DNA of 27,203 nt from Octopus sinensis. Lineage: Eukaryota. Numbering within the stretch: position 1 is the first letter of the stretch; each line of letters starts with the position of its first letter. The DNA is taken from the NCBI RefSeq assembly GCF_006345805.1, contig NW_021836395.1:1-27203 (forward strand). Direction: 5' to 3'. This document shows, one piece after another, positions 1 to 9,242 of this stretch. A program made the translations under genes and the position numbers. The notes beneath the pieces were generated by a model that was not told where the DNA came from, searched no databases, and saw only the letters and a program-made list of their open reading frames with translations.

Positions 1-30
1 TATATACGTTATATATATACACATATATAC

Positions 31-95
<65 letters not shown>

Positions 96-330
96 CATAC
101 ATATATATATATATACATAAATATATATGGGTGTGTCGTATACAAATGTATTAGAAAAATACATACATATATATATGTATGTATATATATATATACACAC
201 ACACACACAAATATATACATACATATATATACATACTTCACATATACTTTATATTTACTATGTGTATGTATCATACATATGCATACATATACATATATAT
301 ATATACACGCACAGATATGCATATACATAT
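1..330. repeat. (TA)n/(CA)n/(TACA)n microsatellite mosaic
   Basis: Dinucleotide and tetranucleotide runs read directly from the sequence. Confidence 0.95.
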
Positions 331-906
331 ATCAGCTTCAAGATAATAGTATTTTTGTTAAGATAATAAATATATCACATCAGTGCACAACAAAAATTTT
401 ACCACAATCAATAGTAGCGCGTATTCAACTGCACAGAATGAATATAACTCTGTGTGTGTGTGTGATAAAGTGTCCTCTTAGAAGCAGACACATTTAATAT
501 CCTCTTGTACTGCACTTTATCAAACAAAGAACAAACTCTTAACATAAATTCTAATTAACGATATAAATGCACTTACAATGTTGTTAGACCAAACCGTATA
601 GGATTTCAATCGAAGAATAAACAAAAATCACATCCACCACCACCACCACCACCACCTTCGCTACTACTACAACTACTACGACTACTAACGCCCTAACTCA
701 AATATAATTGACAGCATTCTTGAAGTTTAGTTCAAAATCCAAGTTAAGGCCTTGTATATAAACCTGATAAAAAGAATCTTGAGAAACACTGAAACCAACG
801 AGAACATTCCAGATAATGATAGAAGCCTTAATGGCGTTCAAGATCGAGCTAGTATTAGGCTCCAAGCTTATTATTTAGGCTAAATTATCGAGGGACTGCA
901 ATGGAC

Positions 907-1726
907 CTCGAGGAAACGTGAGGGAACGCGAAGGAACGCGAGGGAAGGTGAAGGAACGTGAGGAAAATGTGAAGGACCGCGGGAGACCGTGAGGGACCGC
1001 GAGGGACCGTGAGGGAATGTGAAGGGCCACGAAGTAACGTGAGGGAACGCGAAGAAACGTGAGGGACGGTGAAAGAACGTGAGGAAAATGTGCAGGACCG
1101 CGGGAGACCGTGAGGGACCGTGAAGGAATGTGAGGGAATGTGAAGGGCCACGAAGTAACGTGAGGGAACGCGAAGAAACGTGAGAGATGGTGAAAGAACG
1201 CGAGGAAAATGTGAAGGACCGCGAAAGACCGTGAGGGACCGTGAGGGACCGTGAGGGACCGTGAGGGAATGTGAAGGACCATGAAGTAACGTGAGGGAAC
1301 GCGAAGAAATGTGAGAGATGGTGAAAGAACGCGAGGAAAATGTGAAGAACCGCGAGAGACCGTGAGGGACCACGAGGGACCATGAGGGAATGTGAAGGGC
1401 CACGAAGTAACGTGAGGGAACGCGAAGAAACGTGAGAGATGGTGAAAGAACGTGAGGAAAAATGGAAGGTCCGCAAGAGATCGTGAGGGACCGCGAGGGA
1501 TCGTGATGGAATGTGAAGGGCCACGAAGTAACATGAGGGAACGCGAAGAAACGTGAGAGATGGTGAAAGAACGTGAGGAAAATGTGAAGGACCGCGAAAG
1601 ACCGTGAGGGAATGTGAAGGGCTACGAAGTAACGTGAGGGAACGGGAAGAAACGTGAGAAAATGCGTGGTAGCGCCAGGGAACGCTGGGGACCGCGAGAG
1701 AATGGAAGAGAACTTGAGGGAACGTA
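907..1726. repeat. Purine-rich higher-order tandem repeat: 10-bp subunits (consensus CGTGAGGGAA/C) in ~121-bp units, ~6.5 copies
   Basis: The marker GAAGTAA occurs at 1031, 1152, 1283, 1404, 1525 and 1626 (spacings 121, 131, 121, 121, 101). Confidence 0.92.
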
Positions 1727-1765
1727 AGCTAACAAGATATTTCAAGCGACAGTGCTATTGTTTCT

Positions 1766-2040
1766 TATTTCTATATTGCCCACCAGGGGCTAAACATAGA
1801 GGGGACAAACAAAGACAGACAAACGGATTAAGTCGATTACATTGATCCCAGTGCGTAACTTGTACTTAATTTATCAACCCCGAAAGGATGAAAGGTAAAG
1901 TGGACCACGATGGATTATGAACTCAGAACGTAACGGAAGACGAAATACCTATTTCTTTACTACCCACAAGGGGCTAAATGCAGAGAGGACAAACAAGGAC
2001 AGACAAATGGATTAAGTCGATGACATCGACCCCAATGCGA
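1766..2040 (-). mobile_element. tRNA-derived SINE (family A): headless body plus a tandem 3' half
   Basis: Matches the family A copies at 8543 and 9884. The tail reverse complement (tatttc...cccac.aggggctaaa) starts at 1766 and 1950, a 184-bp period. Confidence 0.88.
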
Positions 2041-2293
2041 CTTCATATTATTTTACTTTCGCAGTATTGTATTAACAAACTTGTATCATTTATGCTAATA
2101 TACTGGTGCCTGTATTTTATTCAACTGTTTAACTAAATTTAATATTTGCTTAATTTAGAGGTGACAACCTAGAATCTGCAAAACCAGTAATCCGGAAAGG
2201 CTGATCGATGTTCTACTTATATTAGCTTGACTTGAAAATTTGTATAACATACAGATAAAAAGTTCAATACATAAGGAAGGTAGAAGCGAGTAG

Positions 2294-2712
2294 GGATCTT
2301 TTCGGTTTGAACGGCAGATTTTTTCTAGCGGCGTCATATGAAATTGTCGCCCATAATTATGACCCTAGTATCGATCTATTGCATTTCAATCTGTTTTAGG
2401 GTTAGGGTTAGGGGTGGAGGAAGGGTGTCTTTTTTTCTTCAGAAATGTAAATAAACCCAATCTGTTTCTTAAACGAGGGACATATTCATACGGCACAGAA
2501 TGTTTTTTTACCTCAATAGACGTCATTGATTGGTTGAAATTGCAGAAATTGAAGAAAAAAAACAACAAATATCTTACAAACCATAGAATTTTCTCAATAA
2601 AGCCAAGAGAAAAAGATGTTTTATAAAAAAATTCTACCAGTATACGAAGTTTAAAAGTGTTTAGTTACGTGGAAATTATTTTTAAAAACTGCCGTTCAAA
2701 CCGAAAAGGTCC
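2294..2712. mobile_element. Non-autonomous DNA transposon (MITE), 419 bp, 8-bp TSD, TIRs starting GG (Merlin-like by terminal features)
   Basis: TIR GGATCTTTTCGGTTTGAACGGCAG versus the reverse complement of the right end GGACCTTTTCGGTTTGAACGGCAG (1 mismatch in 24). Perfect TSD GCGAGTAG at 2286-2293 and 2713-2720. Confidence 0.92.
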
Positions 2713-2947
2713 GCGAGTAGAAAGCATGCATTAGGCTAGAGAAATTAGACAGAGACTTAGGTATTTATTTTACTGAAGGGTATATAGTAGGTAACAACAA
2801 AACCAAAAGAAAGACGTAAAAACACACAAAATGAACACAGAAAAAGAACAGATCTAACAGGCGATATTCAATTGCGAAATATATTAGGACAGGTAAAAAT
2901 ATATATTTGGGGATACGCGCGCACGCACACACACACACACACATATA

Positions 2948-3164
2948 TACTGTTACTCTTTTACTTGTTTCAGTCATTTGACTGCGGCCATGCTGGAGCA
3001 CCGCCCTTAGTCGATCAAATCGACCCCGGGACTTATTTTTTGTAAGCCCAGTACTTATTCTATCGGTCTCTTTTGCCGAACCGCTAAGTGACGGGGACGT
3101 AAACACACCAGCATCGGTTGTCAAGCAATGCTAGGGGGACAAACACAGACTCACAACCCCCCCC

Positions 3165-3198
<34 letters not shown>

Positions 3199-3369
3199 CA
3201 TATATACGACAGGCTTCTTTCAGTTTCCGTCTACCAAATCCACTCACAAGGCATTGGTCGGCCCGGGGCTATAGCAGAAGACACTTGCCCAAGATGCCAC
3301 ACAGTGGGACTGAACCCGGAACCATGTGGTTGGTTAGCAAGCTACTTACCACACAGCCACTCCTGCGTC

Positions 3370-3370
<1 letters not shown>
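2948..3370 (-). mobile_element. Full-length tRNA-derived CORE-like SINE (family B) with an internal (CA)/(TA) microsatellite
   Basis: The minus strand has a tRNA-like head (TGGCTGTGTGG ... GGTTCAGTCCC), a CORE-like segment GCATCTTGGGCAAGTGTCTTC and the tail GACTGAAACAAGTAAAAGAGTA. The same tail recurs at 25848-25910. Confidence 0.85.
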
Positions 3371-3410
<40 letters not shown>

Positions 3411-3423
3411 TACGAAGACGTAC

Positions 3424-3489
3424 TTATCCCGTTCGTTTGTCCTTGTTTGTCCCTTCAGTGTGTAGTCCCTTGTGTGCAGTAAAGAAATA
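3424..3489 (+). mobile_element. 3' tail fragment of SINE family A
   Basis: ttgtccttgtttgtccc...cccttgtg...gtaaagaaata matches the family A tail. Confidence 0.7.
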
Positions 3490-3541
3490 ATATAAAGCTA
3501 TAAAATATTGGGTTTATACCTGAGATCATGTGCTGAAACCA

Positions 3542-3711
3542 AAACAATTGCAGCATGGAAGGTGTTCACTGAGAAAATTCCGTGCTGCATCACGGAATTA
3601 TAAAAATGCTGAAATGTTTACATGTGGTGAAAATTTCATATCTTTTGAGGTCTTGAATGTGTTAAAAATAATAATATGACTGTATAACACCTTCGACGGC
3701 TGCAATTGTTT
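3542..3711. mobile_element. Small TIR element (MITE-like, ~170 bp)
   Basis: AAACAATTGCAGCATGGAAGGTGTT at 3542-3566 versus the reverse complement of 3686-3711, AAACAATTGCAGCCGTCGAAGGTGTT. Internal perfect 9-bp hairpin AATTCCGTG/CACGGAATT at 3576-3599. No clear TSD. Confidence 0.6.
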
Positions 3712-3717
3712 ATATCC

Positions 3718-3753
<36 letters not shown>

Positions 3754-3846
3754 ATTAGGGAGAGTTTACGAAAAAAACAAAAGACGAAGACAGGTGGTGT
3801 ACAAAACAAACAGATGTATTAGTATACGCTCAGGAATAGAAAAAGT

Positions 3847-3882
3847 CTTTTACGTTTCGAGCCTATGCTCTTCTACAGAAAG
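3847..3882 (-). ncRNA. Minimal type-I hammerhead ribozyme variant inside a ~190-bp repeat island (3757-3947) embedded in (TA)n; probable solo PLE pseudo-LTR
   Basis: Minus strand: CUUU-CUGUAGA-A-GAGC(AUAG)GCUC-GAA-ACGU-A-AAAG. Helix I is 4 bp, helix II is 4 bp, helix III is the palindrome ACGU. The core has U at A6. Confidence 0.65.
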
Positions 3883-4161
3883 GAACACAGAAAAAACAAG
3901 GAGAGAAAAAATGTGTGTGTGGCTAACGATCTATCATGGCGACTGGAATATATATATATATATTATATATATATATATATTATTTATTTATGTGAAGTCA
4001 AGTCAACTTCACTTCAGTCCCCGACGCTTTCAGCCTGAAGATGTTAGAAACATCTACAGTAGGGTTGGTTGTCCAAGGCCGGATATGCTAGTCATATAAG
4101 ATCTCATGACGGCATGATTGAAGAGATACACTTCCGTAAAGAAGTGGAAATCGCTGTCATG

Positions 4162-4218
4162 TATATATATGTTGTGTGTGTATAATATATATGCTATATA
4201 TATATATATATATATATA

Positions 4219-4249
<31 letters not shown>

Positions 4250-4902
4250 GATATATAGATATATAGATAGATATGCATATATATACCTATATATACGTAC
4301 AGATGTATGTATGTGCATATATGTCTATATATGTATATATGTATATATATATATATATATATATTATATATGTATCTATCTTATATATATATACACACAT
4401 ATATACACATATATATACATATATATATACACACTTTACATTTATATATACATAGATATATACATATATATAAATATATACAAACATATATACACATACA
4501 AACATATATATATGTATGTATGTATGCATATGTATATATGCATGTATATGTTTATATATGTATATATGTATACATATATTTTTTGCTGACATAACAAGAA
4601 TTTTTATAAACTTTCCAGAGAACGTAAATGAATTTTCTGGAACAGTGGATCTCGAAGTCCGTAAAGCTGCAAATAATAGCATATAAATGATGGGTAGTCT
4701 TCAAATGTTTCTGTCCAAAATAGATTTTTCAACCCAATATTTATATATATCATTATTTATAGCTTTATTTACTTCGAGATCTATCGTTTCCCAAAACAAA
4801 TACACAGCTACATATAACACACACGCGCATACACACACGACCACACACACATACATACATATACATATATATATTAATATATATACATATATATATATAT
4901 AT

Positions 4903-4945
<43 letters not shown>

Positions 4946-5097
4946 GTTGTATGTATACGCACACACACATATATATATATATTATGTATATACAACACCA
5001 CACACCACACACACACACACATATATTATATATACATAATATAATATATATATATATACATATATATACATATATAATGTATGTATGTATACGCACA

Positions 5098-5140
<43 letters not shown>

Positions 5141-5210
5141 ATATATCTATATATATATTATGTATAACCACACACCACGCACATATATATATATATGTAT
5201 ATATGCATGT
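4162..5210. repeat. (TA)n/(CA)n microsatellite mosaic interrupted by a non-repetitive island at ~4580-4810
   Basis: Read directly from the sequence. Confidence 0.9.
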
Positions 5211-5379
5211 GAGCGTGTAAACATTCTATTGTCAGTGTGCTGTCAGTTTGTCGTTACTGATAAACGTAATAAATGGTTTTATAATGTCTTAAGCTGTTAA
5301 GTGCCAAAATTCTATCGCTTTCTCCCTCTCGTTACACGCATTCAGAAAAAAGATGAGCTTTCAGATGATGGACGATTGT

Positions 5380-5467
5380 GTCTGTATACGTGCATATATG
5401 TGTTCGTGCATGTATACACACGCACACATATATATACACACATATTTATATACACTCACATGCATAT

Positions 5468-5525
<58 letters not shown>

Positions 5526-5636
5526 ATATATATATGCATATATGTGTGTCTGTATTCGTTTCTGTGTGTGTGTGTGCATGAATGTATGTATATATAGGTA
5601 TAGGATGTTCCTTATCAGCATGTGAATGTGTGTGTG

Positions 5637-5674
<38 letters not shown>

Positions 5675-5995
5675 ATATATATATATAATATAATATATAT
5701 ATATATATATTATATATATATATATACATGAATGAATATGTATTATGAATATATGTACATTTGCATGTATATAGTCGGATTTTCACACACACTCATATGT
5801 GTATGTATGTATGTATGTATGTATATATGCATTTATGTATGTATGTATGTATGTATGTATGTATGTATGCTTGTATGTATGTATATATGTATGTATATAT
5901 GTATGTATTATGTATGTATGTATGTATTTATGTATGTATGCATGTATTTATGTATGTATGCATGTATGTATGTATGTATGTATGTATGTATGCTG
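5380..5995. repeat. (TA)n and (TATG)n microsatellites
   Basis: Read directly from the sequence. Confidence 0.9.
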
Positions 5996-6347
5996 TGATT
6001 GTGTGCTGTACGTATTTGCATTTGTTATTTATTTTTGCATGTGCGTCTGTCAGTATTGCGTAAGAGACCAGATATTTCCTTCTATGTACCAAAATATTTT
6101 CTTAAGCACTTTCGGTGTCTGTGTGTGTGCTTATCTATCTATATCTTCATAATCTGTATGCGTTTTCATGAACAAAAAAAACTGACTCAATACGTTACGC
6201 CGAACAATTATATTTATTATGATATAGTTGATAAATATGATTACTATTCCCTGGATTTAAGTTTCGTGCTAAAGAGAGCATTCTTCGCTGTATTTTATTC
6301 GAGTAAAGAGTTACATTCGAATAACGGATGTATTCGAATAGCAAACT

Positions 6348-6518
6348 AACACCACATTACATGGCTTACTCATTCCTTTCCTTTTAATGTTAAAACAAAT
6401 ACAGAAAAAAGTCGCTTATACGACATTGATAAACATTTTCCACTCAACCAGATACCGGGAAAAATTTGATAGGAATAACATCAAAGTAAGCTATAGTTGC
6501 ACAATCAATATGAATAAG
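6348..6518 (+). pseudogene. Decayed fragment of a Penelope-like element ORF (post-RT/linker region)
   Basis: Translates with one frameshift as NHITWLTHSFPFNVKTNTEKSRLYDIDKHFPLNQIPGKI/FDRNNIKVSYSCTINM. This resembles the recalled PLE motif IIWFNPPFSxNVxTNIGKxFLxLIDKHFPxxHxLxKIFNRNxVKVSYSCxxNM. Confidence 0.65.
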
Positions 6519-6634
6519 TCAAAACAGTTCTTAACTTTAATTACACATGTAAAGATAAACAGTTATGGGCCTTTAAATAAAACTGCAATCAGAATGCAGC
6601 CATTCATTCCACCAGTGTAATCTCACTTAATATC

Positions 6635-6797
6635 GGTTTTAAATTTTGGCACAGGGTCAGCTATTTTGGGGGAAGGAGCAAGTCGATTACATCGACCCCA
6701 GTGTTCAACTGATACTTATTTTATGGAATCCTGAAAGAATGAAGGGCAAAGTTGACCTCGGTGTAATTTGAACTCAGATCGTAAAGATGGACGAAAA
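6635..6797 (-). mobile_element. Diverged SINE body (family A-related, different 3' tail); its head lies at 7036-7079
   Basis: aagtcgattacatcgaccccagtg...gcaaagttgacctcggtgtaatttgaactcag is the reverse complement of the family A body. ggcgtgctaacggttctgccggctcgccgcct at 7048-7079 is the reverse complement of the head. Confidence 0.7.
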
Positions 6798-6844
6798 TCC
6801 ATCTTCACGATGAATATTATCTCTCATTCTCTTCTCGGTGAAAC

Positions 6845-6970
6845 GATTCCGGGTTATGTCACATTGCGTGGCACATGGGCCAAGTGTCATCTACTCTAGC
6901 TCGTGGCCGATCAAACATCGTGAGTGGATTTCGTAGACGGAAACTGAAAGAAGCCCGTCGTATATGTGTG
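6845..6970 (+). mobile_element. Fragment of SINE family B (CORE-like region)
   Basis: gcgtggcacatgggccaagtgtcatctactctagc...gtgagtggatttcgtagacggaaactgaaagaagcccgtcgtata matches the reverse complement of 3205-3310. Confidence 0.75.
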
Positions 6971-7121
6971 TTTAAATCACACTGCATAACACCTTGCGTA
7001 ATAGTCCGGATTCTTATTGATCACGTCTCGTACTCTAAGTTTTACCTGGCGTGCTAACGGTTCTGCCGGCTCGCCGCCTTTATAATAATAATTATGGTTT
7101 CACGTTTTGTTACATTCATAT

Positions 7122-7322
7122 GAGAGCGTTTAGCTTAGTGGCTAGTATATTATACTCACGATCCCGAGATCTTGGTTTCGATTCCCTGACTGACGCTGTG
7201 CTGTATTTTTGAGCAAAACACTTCATCTCATGTTGCTCGGGATCATTTCGAGATTCTGACTTGTGACACACCGTGTACCTGTTCAGGTAACGTCGATTTG
7301 ATAGAGGAGTGGAGTGAGCTAA
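7122..7322 (+). mobile_element. Diverged tRNA-derived CORE-like SINE (family C)
   Basis: Box A-like TAGCTTAGTGG, box B-like GGTTTCGATTCC, then TTGAGCAAAACACTTCATCTCATGTTGCTC. Similar to the copy at 25321. Confidence 0.7.
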
Positions 7323-7345
7323 TATATATATATATATATATATAG

Positions 7346-7385
<40 letters not shown>

Positions 7386-7790
7386 CATACATACATATAT
7401 ACATATATATTCGATATATATATATATAATACAATATATATATACATATATATATAATATATATATATAGGTATTTATATATATATATATAATATATATA
7501 TATATATATTATATATATATATAATATATATATATAGATATAAGAGTATATATGTATATTAAAGGAGAGAGAGAAATTATTTAATCATATTCATATATCT
7601 GTATAGTCATGTATATAAAGGTCCTTACATAGTATATATGTAACGTATATATAATATGTAATATTATACAGACACACACACAAATATATATGCATGTATA
7701 TATACAGGTAGATGTCGGTACGTACATATATGTTGTATGTATGCATATATTTTATTTATATATATATATTATATAATATATATATATATA
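7323..7790. repeat. (TA)n-rich microsatellite region
   Basis: Read directly from the sequence. Confidence 0.85.
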
Positions 7791-7882
7791 TGGCTGTTCA
7801 TCTTGCCAGGTGATAGCGATCTCATTATTCATGTTCAGTGAATCTCTCTTTAGCGTTGTACGCCCATATTTTCTAAGATAAC

Positions 7883-7977
7883 TCTCCCCCCTCTGTCTCT
7901 TTCTCTTTCATTATCTCCCTCTCATCTCTCTCCCCCTCCTCTCTCTCTCCCTCTCCCTCTCTCTCTCTCTCTCTCTT
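7883..7977. repeat. (CT)n polypyrimidine tract
   Basis: Read directly from the sequence; it ends in TTTAG at 7980. Confidence 0.85.
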
Positions 7978-8542
7978 TAGACAAGATGATGATTTACAAG
8001 TTCTAGAGCAACTTGACAGGCAAAACTCAGCATCTCTCCAGAATTGATTTATTTTCTATGCAGAATGACATTTTTGTGCACTGCCGTACGCGTTTGCAGT
8101 CTGGTTTTGGAATTACACACTTCGCTGCACACTACACAAATGATATTTTTCTGAACGCTGAGGTAAAATATTGGTGTCAATAGGGAATTTCAATGAGAAC
8201 GTGTGTGCAGTTTTATGTGCTTACGATAACTTGCTTTGACAGCAGGTTACATCTTGTTCGTTTGGCACTCAAATAAGGAGTTCAGAATAAGACGGGAACT
8301 TGTTCGGAGTCGTCTCCTTTACGTTCACGAAAACTGAAAATATTATTTAATCATTTGACAGTTATTGTTTTGTTTGTTGCTTATTTCATCATTGCATATC
8401 CTCATATTTAATTCTAGTTAGCTTTTTAGCTTACTCTACGTTATAAATATATTACCCCTAACTTAGCTATCGTATTTCATGCGGATGATGTTTATTTAAT
8501 TAAGGATTCATTCATCTCCACTACAACAAGTACGGTGAGGCT

Positions 8543-8773
8543 AGGCGGCGAGCTGGCAGAAACGTTAGCACGACGGGCGAAATACGTAGCCGTATTTCGT
8601 CTGTCGTTACGTCGTGAGTTCAAATTCCGCCGAGGTCGACTTTGCCTTTCATCCTTTGGGGTCGATAAATTAAGTACCAGTTACGCACTGGGGTCGATGT
8701 AATCGACTTAATCCGTTTGTCTGTCCTTGCTTGTCCCCTCTATGTTTAACCCCTTGTGGGCAATAAAGAAATA
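8543..8773 (+). mobile_element. Full-length tRNA-derived SINE (family A)
   Basis: Head AGGCGGCGAGCTGGCAGAAACGTTAG (box A-like), GAGTTCAAATTCC (box B-like), central GCCTTTCATCCTTT.GGGGTCGATAAATTAAGTACCAG (resembles the Meta-domain as I recall it), tail AAAGAAATA. Confidence 0.9.
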
Positions 8774-9013
8774 TATATACTTCACTGACGATATCAAAAT
8801 AAGACCGAAACACGTGTTGCGTCGTATCACCAGTACAAAGATCTGTTATTCAACGAGGAGACAGTCAGCTCTTTAAAGTCTCTCGATGTTTGGTACGCCT
8901 CAAATATTTTTTTCGTGAAATCTCTGAACAAAATTGAGGTGTTAACCGTGCGTTGTCCATGTTTGAGATAACTAACAAATTGTCAAAACATATATCATAA
9001 AACACTTAATATA

Positions 9014-9242
9014 TATTTCTTTACTACCCACAAGGGGTTAAACACAGAGGAGACAAATAAGGACAGACAAAGCGATTAAGTCGATTACATTGACCCCAGT
9101 GCGTAACTGGTACTTAAGTTATCGACCCCGGAAGGATGAAAGGCAAAGTCGACCTCGGCGGAATTTGAACTCGGAACGTAACGGCAGACGAAATACGGCA
9201 ACGCATTTCGCCCGGCGTGCTAACGATTCTGCCAGCTCGCCG
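9014..9242 (-). mobile_element. Near full-length SINE family A
   Basis: Reverse complement of the 8543-8773 copy along its whole length. Confidence 0.9.

Noticed and set aside
463-522. 10-bp inverted repeat TGATAAAGTG/CACTTTATCA
   Set aside because: Short, AT-rich and without a TSD; plausible by chance in 27 kb.
875-1745. Three overlapping 214-286 aa minus-strand ORFs
   Set aside because: All three frames are open because the purine-rich satellite lacks TTA/CTA/TCA. Unit lengths of 121, 131 and 101 bp are not multiples of three.
2396-2413. Possible telomere or subtelomere signal
   Set aside because: Only three TTAGGG units, and they lie inside a TSD-bounded MITE.
9-6152. Many Y/I/M/C/V/H/T-rich ORFs (also at 13736-15203, 18893-22443 and 26216-26633)
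   Set aside because: They are translations of (TA)n, (TG)n and (TATG)n runs, which lack stop codons by composition. No domain evidence.
8048-8162. Minus-strand C2H2-finger-like peptide IICVVCSEVCNSKTRLQTRTAVHK
   Set aside because: The first His is Arg, there is only one finger and no linker, and no supporting upstream LINE or ZNF sequence was found.
8543-8640. tRNA gene calls for SINE heads (also 3300-3370, 7122-7190, 9884 and 25321)
   Set aside because: They have box A/B-like motifs but no complete cloverleaf, and they continue into SINE body and tail.
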